Below, piece after piece: positions 27,261 through 40,790 of a stretch of 43,264 nucleotides of DNA; positions within the stretch are counted from its first letter, which is position 1, and the number at the start of each line of letters is the position of its first letter. The notes beneath the pieces were generated by a model. It saw nothing but the letters and a program-made list of their open reading frames with translations. It ran no database searches and was not told where the DNA came from. The stretch covers positions 1 through 43,264 of the forward strand of contig CAXTSY010000005.1 of the NCBI GenBank assembly GCA_964247055.1, given 5' to 3'. This stretch comes from Paragordius varius. Taxonomy: Eukaryota > Animalia > Nematomorpha. The translations under genes and the position numbers were made by a program.

Positions 27261-30200
27261 TTTTATTTTATATTAATTTATTTTATTTTATTTAATTTTA
27301 TTTTATTTTATTTTATTTTATTTTATTTTATTTTATTTTATTTTATTTTATTTTATTTTATTTTATTTTATTTTATTTTATTTTATTTTATTTTATTTTA
27401 TTTTATATAAATATAGTTATATTTTATTTTATTTTATTTTATTTTATTATATTTTATTTTTATTTAATTTTATTTTATTTTATTTAATTTTATTTTATTT
27501 TATTTTATTTTATTTTATTTTATTTTATTTTATTTTATTTTATTTTATTTAATTTTAATTTATTTTATTTTATTTTATTTTATATTAATTTATTTTATTT
27601 TATTTTATTTTATTTAATTTTATTTTATTTTATTTTATTTTATTTTATTTTATTTTATTTTATTTTATTTTATTTTATTTTATTTTATTTTATTTTATTT
27701 TATTTTATTTTATTTTATTTTATTTTTATTTAATTTTAATTTATTTTATTTTATTTTATATAAATATAGTTATATTTTATTTTATTTAATTTTATTTTAT
27801 TTTATTTTATTTTATTTTATTTTATTTTATTTTATTTAATTTTATTTTATTTTATTTTATTTTATTTTATTTTATTTTATTTTATTTTATTTTATTTTAT
27901 TATATTTTAATTTATTTTTATTTTATTTAATTTTAGTTTATTTTATTTTATTTTATTTTATTTTTTTATTTTATTTTATTTTATTTTATTTTATTTTATT
28001 TTATTTTATTTTATTTTATTTTAATTTATTTTATTTTATTTTATATAAATATAGTTATATTTTATTTTATTTAATTTTATTTTATTTTATTTTATATAAA
28101 TATAGTTATATTTTATTTAATTTTAGTTTATTTTATTTTATTTTTTTATTTTATTTTATTTTATTTTATTTTATTTTAATTTATTTTATTTTATATAAAT
28201 ATAGTTATATTTTATTTTATTTTATTTTATTTTATATAAATATAGTTATATTTTATTTTATTTTATTTTATTTTATTTTATTTTATTTTATTTTTATTTA
28301 ATTTTAATTTATTTTATTTTATTTTATTTTATTTTATTTTAATTTATTTTATTTTATTTTATATAAATATAGTTATATTTTATTTTATTTAATTTTTTTT
28401 ATTTTATTTTATATAAATATAGTTATATTTTATTTTATTTTATTTTATTTTATTTTATTTTTATTTAATTTTATTTTATTTTATTTTATTTTATTTTATT
28501 TTATTTTATTTTATTTTATTTTATTTTATTTTTATTTTATTTAATTTTAATTTATTTTATTTTATTTTATTTTATTTTATTTTATTTTATTTTATTTTAT
28601 TTTATTTTTATTTTATTTAATTTTAATTTATTTTATTTTATTTTATTTTATTTAATTTTAATTTATTTTATTTTATTTTATTTTATTTTATTTTATTTTA
28701 TTTTATTTTATTTTATTTTATTTTATTTTATTTTATTTTATTTTATTTTATTTTATTTTATTTTATTTTATTTTATTTTATTTTATTTTATTTTATTTTA
28801 TTTTATTTTATTTTATTTTATTTTTAATTTAATTTTAATTAATTTTATTTTAATTTATTTTATTTTATTTTATTTTATTTTATTTTATTTTATTTTCTTT
28901 TATTTTATTTTATTTTATTTTATTTTATTTTATTTTATATAAATATAGTTATATTTTATTTTATTTAATTTTATTTTATTTTATTTTATTTTATTTAATT
29001 TTATTTTATTTTATTTTATTATATTTTAATTTATTTTTATTTTATTTAATTTTAGTTTATTTTATTTTATTTTATTTTATTTTTTTTATTTTATTTTATT
29101 TTATTTTATTTTATTTTATTTTATTTTATTTTATTTTATTTTATTTTATTTTATTTTATTTCATTTTATTTTATTTTATTTTATTTTATTTTATTTTTAT
29201 TTTATTTTATTTTAATTTATTTTATTTTATTTTATATAAATATAGTTATATTTTATTTTAATTAATTTTATTTTATTTTATTTTATATAAGATAGTTATA
29301 TTTTATTTTATTTTATTTTATTTTTATTTTATTTTTTTTTTATTTTATTTTATTTTATTTTATTTTATTTTATTTTATTTATTTTATTTTATTTTATTTT
29401 ATTTATTTTATTTTATAAAAATATAGTTAGATTTTATTTTATTTTATTTTATTTTATATAAATATAGTTATATTTTATTTTATTTTATTTTATTTTATTT
29501 TATTTTATTTTATTTTATTTTATTTTTATTTTTATTTAATTTTAATTTATTTTATTTTATTTTATTTTAATTTATTTTATTTTTATTTTTATTTTATTTA
29601 ATTTTAATTTATTTTATTTTATTTTATTTTATTTTATTTTATATAAATATAGTTATATTTATTTTATTTTATTTTATTTAATATATTTTATTTTTATTTA
29701 ATTTTATTTTATTTTATTTAATTTTATTTTATTTTATTTTATTTTATTTTATTTTATTTTATTTTATTTTATTTTATTTTATTTTATTTTATTTTATTTT
29801 ATTTATTTTATTTTATTTTATTTTATTTTATTTTATTTTATTTTATTTTATTTATTTTATTTTATTTTATTTTATTTTATTTTATTTTATTTTATTTTAT
29901 TTTATTTTATTTTATTTTATTTTATTTTATTTTATTTTATTTTATTTTTTTATTTTATTTTATTTTATTTTATTTTATTTTATTTTAATTTTATTTTATT
30001 TTATTTTATTTTATTTTATTTTATTTTATTTTATTTTATTTTATTTTATTTTATTTTATTTTATTTTATTTTATTTATATTTTTATTTAATTTTAATTTA
30101 TTTTATTTTATTTTATATTTATATTTTATTTTATTTAATTTTATTTTATTTTATTTTATTTTATTTTATTTTATTTTATTTTATTTTATTTTATTTTATT

Positions 30201-32890
30201 TTATTTAATTTTATTTTATTTTATTTTATTTTATTTTATTTTATTTTATTTTATTATATTAATTTAATTAATTTTTTTTTTATTTAATTTTAGTTTATTT
30301 TATTTTATTTTATTTTATTTTTTTATTTTTATTTTATTTTATTTTATTTTATTTTATTTTTATTTTATTTTATTTTATTTTATTTTTATTTTATTTTATT
30401 TTATTTTATTTTATTTTATTTTATTTTAATTTATTTTATTTTATATTTTATATAAATATAGTTATATTTTTATTTTATTTAATTTTATTTTATTTTATTT
30501 TATATAAATATAGTTATATTTTATTTAATTTTATTTATTTTATTTTATTTTTTTATTTTATTTTATTTTATTTTATTTTATTTTAATTTATTTTATTTTA
30601 TATAAATATAGTTATTTTATTTTATTTTATTTTATTTTATATAAATATAGTTATATTTTATTTTATTTTATTTTATTTTATTTTATTTTATTTTATTTTA
30701 TTTTATTTTATTTTATTTTTATATAATTTTTATTTTATTTTATTTTATTTTATTTTATTTTATTTTTATTTTATTTAATTTTATTTTATTTTATTTTATT
30801 TTATTTTATTTTATTTTATTTTATTTTATTTTATTTAATTTTAATTTTATTTTATTTTATTTTATTTTATTTTAATATAAATATAGTTATATTTTATTTT
30901 ATTTTATTTTATTTTATTATATTTTATTTTTATTTAATTTTATTTTATTTTATTTTAATTTTATTTTATTTTATTTTATTTTATTTTATTTTATTTTATT
31001 TTATTTTATTTTATTTTATTTTATTTTATTTTATTTTATTTTATTTTATTTTATTTTATTTTATATTATTTTATTTTATTTTATTTAATTTTATTTTATT
31101 TTATTTTTATTTTATTTTATTTTATTTTATTTTATTTTATTTTATTTTATTTTATTTATTAATTTATTTTATTTTATTTTATTTAATTTTATTTTATTTT
31201 ATTTTATATAAATATAGTTATATTTTATTTAATTTTAGTTTATTTTATTTTATTTTTTATTTTATTTTATTTTATTTTATTTTATTTTATTTTATTTATT
31301 TATTTATATAATATAGTTTATTTTATTTTATTTTATTTTATATTAATTTATTTTATTTTATTTAATTTTATTTTATTTTATTTTATTTTATTTTATTTTA
31401 TTTTATTTTATTTTATTTTATTTTATTTTTATCTAATTTTAATTTATTTTATTTTATTTTATTTTATTTTATTTAATTTTAATTTATTTTATTTTATTTT
31501 ATTTTATATTAATTTATTTTATTTTATTTAATTTTATTTTATTTTATTTTATTTTATTTTATTTTATTTTATTTTATTTTATTTTATTTTATTTTTATTT
31601 TATTTTATTTTAATTTATTTTATTTTATATAAATATAGTTATATTTTATTTTATTTTATTTTATTTTATTTTATTTTATTTTATTTTATTTTATTTTATT
31701 TAATTTAATTTTATTTTATTTTATTTTATTTTATTTTATTATATTTTAATTTATTTTTATTTTATTTAATTTTAGTTTATTTTAATTTATTTTATTTTAT
31801 TTAATTTTATTTTATTTTATTTTATTTTATTTTATTTTATTTTATTTTTATTTTTATTTAATTTTAATTTATTTTATTTTATTTTATTTTATTTTATTTT
31901 ATTTTATTTTATTTTATTTAATTTTAATTTATTTTATTTTATTTTATTTTATTTTATATTAATTTATTTTATTTTATTTAATTTTATTTTATTTTATTTT
32001 ATTTTATTTTATTTTATTTTATTTTATTTTATTTTATTTTATTTTATTTTATTTTATTTTATTTTATTTTATTTTATTTTATTTTATTTTATTTTATTTT
32101 ATTTTATTTTATTTTATTTTATTTTTATTTAATTTTAATTTATTTTATTTTATTTTAATTTATTTTATTTTATTTTATTTTATTTTATTTTATTTAATTT
32201 TATTTTATTTTATTTTATTTTATTTTATTTTATTTTATTTTATTTTATTTTATTTTATTTTATTTTATTTTATTTTATTTTATTTTATTTTAATTTATTT
32301 TATTTTATTTTATTTTATATAAATATAGTTATATTTTATTTTATTTTATTTTATATAATATAGTTTATTTTTATTTTATTTTATTTTATTTTATTTTATT
32401 TAATTTTAATTTATTTTATTTTATTTTATATTAATTTATTTTTTTTATTTAATTTTATTTTATTTTATTTTATTTTATTTTATTTTATTTTATTTTATTT
32501 TATTTTATTTTATTTTATTTTATTTTATTTTATTTTATTTTATTTTATTTTATTTTATTTTATTTTATTTTATTTTATTTTATTTTATTTTATTTATTTT
32601 ATTTTATTTATTTTATTTTAATTTTATTTTATTTTATTTTATTTTATTTTATTTTATTTTATTTTATTTTATTTTATTTTATTTTATTTATTTTATTTTA
32701 TTTTATTTTATTTTATTTTATTTTTATTTAATTTTATTTATTTTATTTTATTTTATTTTATTTTATTTAATTTTAATTTATTTTATTTTATTTTATTTTA
32801 TATTAATTTATTTTATTTTATTTAATTTTATTTTATTTTATTTTATTTTATTTTATTTTATATTTATTTTATTTTAATTTATTTTATTTT

Positions 32891-35800
32891 ATATAAATAT
32901 AGTTATATTTTATTTTATTTTATTTTATTTTATTTTATTTTATTTTATTTTATTTTATTTTATTTTATTTTATTTTATTTTATTTTATTTTATTTTATTT
33001 TATTTTATTTTATTTTATTTTATTTTATTTTATTTTATTTTATTTTATTTTATTTTATTTTTATTTAATTTTAATTTATTTTATTTTATTTTAATTTATT
33101 TTATTTTATTTTATTTTATTTTATTTTATTTTATTTTATTTTATTTTATTTTATTTTATTTTATTATATTTTAATTTATTTTTATTTTATTTAATTTTAG
33201 TTTATTTTAATTTATTTTATTTTATTTAATTTTATTGTATTTTATTTTATTTTATTTTATTTTATTTTATTTTTATTTTATTTTATTTTATTTTTATTTA
33301 ATTTTTAATTTATTTTATTTTATTTTATTTTATTTTATTTTATTTTATTTTATTTTTATTTAATTTTAATTTATTTTATTTTATTTTAATTTATTTTATT
33401 TTATTTTATTTTATTTTATTTTATTTTATTTTATTTTATTTTATTTTATTTTATTTTATTTTATTTTATTTTATTTTATTATATTTTAATTTATTTTTAT
33501 TTTATTTAATTTTAGTTTATTTTAATTTATTTTATTTTATTTAATTTTATTTTATTTTATTTTATTTTATTTTTATTTTATTTTTATTTAATTTTAATTT
33601 ATTTTATTTTATTTTATTTTATTTTATTTTATTTAATTTTAATTTATTTTATTTTATTTTATTTTATTTTATTTTATTTTATATTTATTTATTTTATTTT
33701 ATTTAATTTTATTTTATTTTATTTTATTTTATTTTTATTTTATTTTATTTTATTTTATTTAATTTTAATTTATTTTATTTTATTTTATTTTATATTAATT
33801 TATTTTATTTTATTTAATTTTATTTTATTTTATTTTATTTTATTTTATTTTATTTTATTTTATTTTATTTTATTTTATTTTATTTTATTTTATTATATTT
33901 TAATTTATTTTTATTTTATTTAATTTTAGTTTATTTTATTTTATTTTATTTTATTTTTTTATTTTATTTTATTTTATTTTATTTTATTTTATTTTATTTT
34001 ATTTTATTTTATTTTATTTTATTTTATTTTATTTTATTTTATTTTATTTTATTTTATTTTATTTTATTTTATTTTATTTTATTTTATTTTATATAAATAT
34101 AGTTATATTTTATTTTATTTTATTTTATTTTATTTTATTTTATATTAATTTATTTTATTTTATTTAATTTTATTTTATTTTATTTTATTTTATTTTATTT
34201 TATTTTATTTTATTTTATTTTTATTTAATTTTAATTTATTTTATTTTATTTTATTTTATTTTATTTAATTTTAATTTTATTTTATTTTATTTTATTTTAT
34301 ATTAATTTATTTTATTTTATTTAATTTTATTTTATTTTATTTAATTTTATTTTATTTTATTTTATTTTATTTTATTTTATTTTATTTTATTTTATTTTAT
34401 TTTATTTTATTATATTTTAATTTATTTTTATTTTATTTAATTTTAGTTTATTTTATTTTATTTTATTTTATTTTATTTTATTTTATTTTATTTTATTTTA
34501 TTTTATTTTATTTTATTTTATTTTATATAAATATAGTTATATTTTATTTTATTTTATTTTATTTTATTTTATTTTATTTTATTTTATTTTATATTAATTT
34601 ATTTTATTTTATTTAATTTTATTTTATTTTATTTTATTTTAATTTATTTTATTTTATTTTATTTTATTTTATTTTATTTAATTTTAATTTATTTTATTTT
34701 ATTTTATTTTATATTAATTTATTTTATTTTATTTTATATTAATTTATTTTATTTTATTTAATTTTATTTTATTTTATTTTATTTTATTTTATTTTATTTT
34801 ATTTTATTTAATTTTATTTTATTTTATTTTATTTTATTTTATTTTATTTTATTTTATTTTATTTTATTTTATTTTATTTTTATTTAATTTTAATTTATTT
34901 TATTTTATTTTAATTTATTTTATTTTATTTTATTTTATTTTATTTTATTTTATTTTATTTTATTTTATTTTATTTTATTTTATTTTATATAATTAGTTAT
35001 TTTATTTTATTTTATTTTATTTTATTTTATTTTATTTTATTTTATTTTATTTAATTTATTTTATTTTATTTAATTTTATTTTATTTTATTTTATTTTAAT
35101 TTATTTTATTTTATTTTATTTTATTTTATTTAATTTTATTTTATTTTATTTTATTTTATTTTATATTAATTTATTTTATTTTATTTAATTTTATTTTATT
35201 TATTTTATTTTATTTTATTTTATTTTATTTTATTTTATTTTATTTTATTTTATTTTATTTTATTTTATTTTATTTTATTTTATTTTATTTTATTTTATTT
35301 TATTTTATTTTAATTTATTTTATTTTATTTTATTTTATTTTATTTTAATTTTATTTTATTTTATTTTATTTTATTTTATTTTATTTTATTTTATTTTATT
35401 TTATTTTATTTTATTTTATTTTATTTTATTTTATTTTATTTTATTTTATTTTATTTTATTTTATTTTATTTTATATATATTTATATTTTATTTTATTTTA
35501 TTTTATTTTATTTTATATAAATATAGTTTTATTTTATTTTATTTTATTTTATTTTATTTTATTTTATTTAATTTTAATTTATTTTATTTTATTTTATTTT
35601 ATTTTATTTTATATTATTTTATTTTATTTAATTTTATTTTATTTTATTTTATTTTATTTTATTTTATTTTATTTTATTTTATTTTATTTTATTTTATTTT
35701 ATTTTATTTTATTTTATTTATTTTATTTTATTTTATTTTATTTTATTTTATTTTATTTTATTTTATTTTATTTTATTTTATTTTATTTTATTTTATTTTA

Positions 35801-36810
35801 ATTTATTTTATTTTATTTTATTTTATTTTATTTTATTTTATTTTATTTTATTTTATTTTATTTTTATTTAATTTTAATTTATTTTATTTTATTTTATTTT
35901 ATTTTATTTTATTTTATTTAATTTTAATTTATTTTATTTTATTTTATTTTTATTTTATTTTATATTAATTTATTTTATTTTATTTAATTTTATTTTATTT
36001 TATTTTATTTTAATTTATTTTATTTTATTTTATTTTATTTTATTTTATTTTATTTTATTTTAATTTATTTTATTTTATATAAATATAGTTATATTTTATT
36101 TTATTTTATTTTATTTTATTTTATTTAATTTTATTTTATTTTATTTTATTTTATTTTATTTTATTTTATTTTATTTTATTTTATTTTATTTTATTTTATT
36201 TTATTTTATTTTATTTTATTTTATTTTATTTTATTTTATTTTATTTTATTTTATTTTATTTTATTTTATTTTATTTTATTTTTATTTAATTTTAATTTAT
36301 TTTATTTTATTTTAATTTATTTTATTTTATTTTATTTTATTTAATTTTATTTTATTTTATTTTATTTTATTTTATTTTATTTTATTTTATTTTATTTTAT
36401 TATATTTTAATTTATTTTTATTTTATTTAATTTTAGTTTATTTTAATTTATTTTATTTTATTTAATTTTATTGTATTTTATTTTATTTTATTTTATTTTA
36501 TTTTATTTTATTTTATTTTATTTTATTTTATTTTTATTTAATTTTAATTTATTTTATTTTATTTTATTTTATTTTATTTTATTTTATTTTATTTTATTTT
36601 ATTTTTATTTAATTTTAATTTATTTTATTTTATTTTAATTTATTTTATTTTATTTTATTTTATTTTATTTTATTTTATTTTATTTTATTTTATTTTATTT
36701 TATTTTATTTTATTTTATTTTATTTTATTATATTTTAATTTATTTTTATTTTATTTAATTTTAGTTTATTTTAATTTATTTTATTTTATTTAATTTTATT
36801 TTATTTTATT
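32891..36810. repeat. Duplication with offset about 3.2 kb (about 32891-33560 vs 36077-36810)
   Basis: Private ATTGTAT variant with G at 33237/36473; motif D G at 33200/36436 and 33515/36764; motif A at 32891/36077. Confidence 0.8.
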
Positions 36811-38747
36811 TTATTTTATTTTATTTTATTTTTATTTAATTTTAATTTATTTTATTTTATTTTATTTTATTTTATTTTATTTAATTTTAATTTATTTATT
36901 TTATTTTATTTTATATTAATTTATTTTATTTTATTTAATTTTATTTTATTTTATTTTATTTTATTTTATTTTATTTTATTTAATTTTAATTTATTTTATT
37001 TTATTTTATTTTATATTAATTTATTTTATTTTATTTAATTTTATTTTATTTTATTTTATTTTATTTAATTTTATTTTATTTTATTTTATTTTATTTTATT
37101 TTATTTTATTTTATTTTATTTTATTTTATTTTATTTTATTTTTAATTTATTTTTATTTTATTTAATTTTAGTTTATTTTATTTTATTTTATTTTATTTTT
37201 TTATTTTATTTTATTTTATTTTATTTTATTTTATTTTATTTTATTTTATTTTATTTTATTTTATTTTATTTTATTTTATTTTATTTTATTTTATTTTATT
37301 TTATTTTATTTTATTTTATTTTATTTTATTTTATTTTTATTTAATTTTAATTTATTTTATTTTATTTTAATTTATTTTATTTTATTTTATTTTATTTATT
37401 TTATTTTATTTTATTTTATTTTATTTTATTTTATTTTATTTTATTTTATTTTATTTTATTTTATTTTATTATATTTTAATTTATTTTTATTTTATTTAAT
37501 TTTAGTTTATTTTATTTTATTTTATTTTATTTTATTTTATTTTATTTTATTTTATTTTATTTTATTTTATTTTATTTTATTTTATTTTATTATATTTTAA
37601 TTTATTTTTATTTTATTTAATTTTAGTTTATTTTAATTTTATTTTATTTTATTTAATTTTATTTTATTTTATTTTATTTTATTTTATTTTATTTTATTTA
37701 ATTTTAATTTATTTTATTTTATTTTATTTTATTTAATTTTAATTTATTTTATTTTATTTTATTTTATATTAATTTATTTTATTTTATTTAATTTTATTTT
37801 ATTTTATTTTATTTTATTTTATTTTATTTTATTTTATTTTATTTTATTTTATTTTATTTTATTTTAATTTATTTTATTTTATTTTATTTTATATTAATTT
37901 ATTTTATTTAATTTTATTTTATTTTATTTTATTTTATTTAATTTTATTTGATTTTATTTTATTTTATTTTATTTTATTTTATTTTATTTTATTTTATTTT
38001 ATTTTATTTTATTTTATTTTATTATATTTTAATTTATTTTTATTTTATTTAATTTTAGTTTATTTTATTTTATTTTATTTTATTTTTTTATTTTATTTTA
38101 TTTTATTTTATTTTATTTTATTTTATTTTATTTTATTTTATTTTATTTTATTTTATTTTATTTTATTTTATTTTATTTTATTTTATTTTATTTTATTTTA
38201 TTTTATTTTATTTTATTTTATTTTATTTTATTTAATTTTAATTTATTTTATTTTATTTTATTTTATTTTATTTTATATTAATTTATTTTATTTTATTTAA
38301 TTTTATTTTATTTTATTTTATTTTATTTTATTTTATTTTATTTTATTTTATTTTATTTTATTTTATTTTATTTTTATTTAATTTTATATTAATTTATTTT
38401 ATTTTATTTAATTTTATTTTATTTTATTTTATTTTATTTTATTTTATTTTATTTTAATTTATTTTATTTTATATAAATATAGTTATATTTTATTTTATTT
38501 TATTTTATTTTATTTTATTTTATTTTATTTTATTTTATTTTATTTTATTTTATTTTATTTTATTTTATTTTATTTTATTTTATTATATTTTAATTTATTT
38601 TTATTTTATTTAATTTTAGTTTATTTTAATTTATTTTATTTTATTTAATTTTATTTTATTTTATTTTATTTTATTTTATTTTATTTTATTTTATTTTATT
38701 TTATTTTATTTTATTTTATTTTTATTTATTTTATTTTATTTTATTTT

Positions 38748-40790
38748 ATATAAATATAGTTATATTTTATTTTATTTAATTTTATTTTATTTTATTTTAT
38801 ATAAATATAGTTTTATTTTATTTTATTTTATTTTATTTTATTTTATTTTATTTTATTTTATTTTATTTTATTTTATTTTATTTTATTTTAATTTATTTTA
38901 TTTTATTTTATTTTATATTAATTTATTTTATTTTATTTAATTTTATTTTATTTTATTTTATTTTATTTTATTTTATTTTATTTTATTTTATTTTATTTTA
39001 TTTTATTTTATTTTATTTTATTTTATTTTATTTTATTTTATTTTATTTTATTTTATTTTATTTTATTTAATTTTAATTTATTTATTTTATTTTATTTTAT
39101 TTTATTTTATATTAATTTATTTTATTTTATTTAATTTTATTTTATTTTATTTTATTTTATTTTATTTTATTTTATTTTATTTTATTTTTATTTAATTTTA
39201 ATTTATTTTATTTTATTTTATTTTATTTTATTTTATTTTATTTTAATTTTAATTTATTTTATTTTATTTTATTTTATATTAATTTATTTTATTTTATTTA
39301 ATTTTATTTTATTTTATTTTATTTTATTTTATTTTATTTTATTTTATTTTATTTTATTTTATTTTAATTTATTTTATTTTATATAAATATAGTTATATTT
39401 TATTTTATTTAATTTTAGTTTATTTTAATTTATTTTATTTTATTTAATTTTATTTTATTTTATTTTATTTTATTTTATTTTATTTTATTTTATTTTATTT
39501 TATTTTATTTTATTTTATTTTATTTTATTTTATTTTATTTTATTTTATTTTTATTTAATTTTAATTTATTTTATTTTATTTTATTTTATTTTATTTAATT
39601 TTAATTTATTTTACTTTATTTTATTTTATTTTATATTAATTTATTTTATTTTATTTAATTTTATTTTATTTTATTTTATTTTATTTAATTTTATTTTATT
39701 TTATTTTATTTTTATTTTATTTTATTTTATTTTATTTTATTTTATTTTATTTTATTTTATTTTATTTTATTATATTTTAATTTATTTTTATTTTATTTAA
39801 TTTTAGTTTATTTTATTTTATTTTATTTTATTTTTTTATTTTATTTTATTTTATTTTATTTTATTTTATTTTATTTTATTTTATTTTATTTTATTTTATT
39901 TTATTTATTTTATTTTATTTTATTTTATTTTATTTTATTTTATTTTATTTTATATAAATATAGTTATATTTTATTTTATTTAATTTTATTTTATTTTATT
40001 TTATATAAATATAGTTATATTTTATTTAATTTTAGTTTATTTTATTTTATTTTTTTATTTTATTTTATTTTATTTTATTTTATTTTATTTTATTTTATTT
40101 TATTTTATTTTATTTTATTTTATTTTATTTTTATTTATTTTATTTTATTTTATTTTATATAAATATAGTTATATTTTATTTTATTAATTTTATTTTATTT
40201 TATTTTATATAAATATAGTTTTATTTTATTTTATTTTATTTTATTTTATTTTATTTTATTTTATTTTATTTTAATTTATTTTATTTTATTTTATTTTATA
40301 TTAATTTATTTTATTTTATTTAATTTTATTTTATTTTATTTTATTTTATTTTATTTTATTTTATTTTATTTTATTTTATTTTATTTTATTTTATTTTATT
40401 TTATTTTATTTTATTTTATTTTATTTTATTTTATTTTATTTTATTTTATTTTATTTAATTTTAATTTATTTTATTTTATTTTATTTTATTTTATATTAAT
40501 TTATTTTATTTTATTTAATTTTATTTTATTTTATTTTATTTTATTTTATTTTATTTTATTTTATTTTATTTTTATTTAATTTTAATTTATTTTATTTTAT
40601 TTTATTTTATTTTATTTTATTTAATTTTAATTTATTTTATTTTATTTTATTTTATATTAATTTATTTTATTTTATTTAATTTTATTTTATTTTATTTTAT
40701 TTTATTTTATTTTATTTTATTTTATTTTATTTTATTTTATTTTATTTTATTTTTAATTTATTTTTATTTTATATAAATATAGTTATATTT
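38748..40790. repeat. Duplication with offset about 1.4 kb (about 38748-39400 vs 40157-40790)
   Basis: Motif A at 38748/40157, the variant ATATAAATATAGTTTTAT at 38799/40207, and motif A at 39381/40771. Confidence 0.7.
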
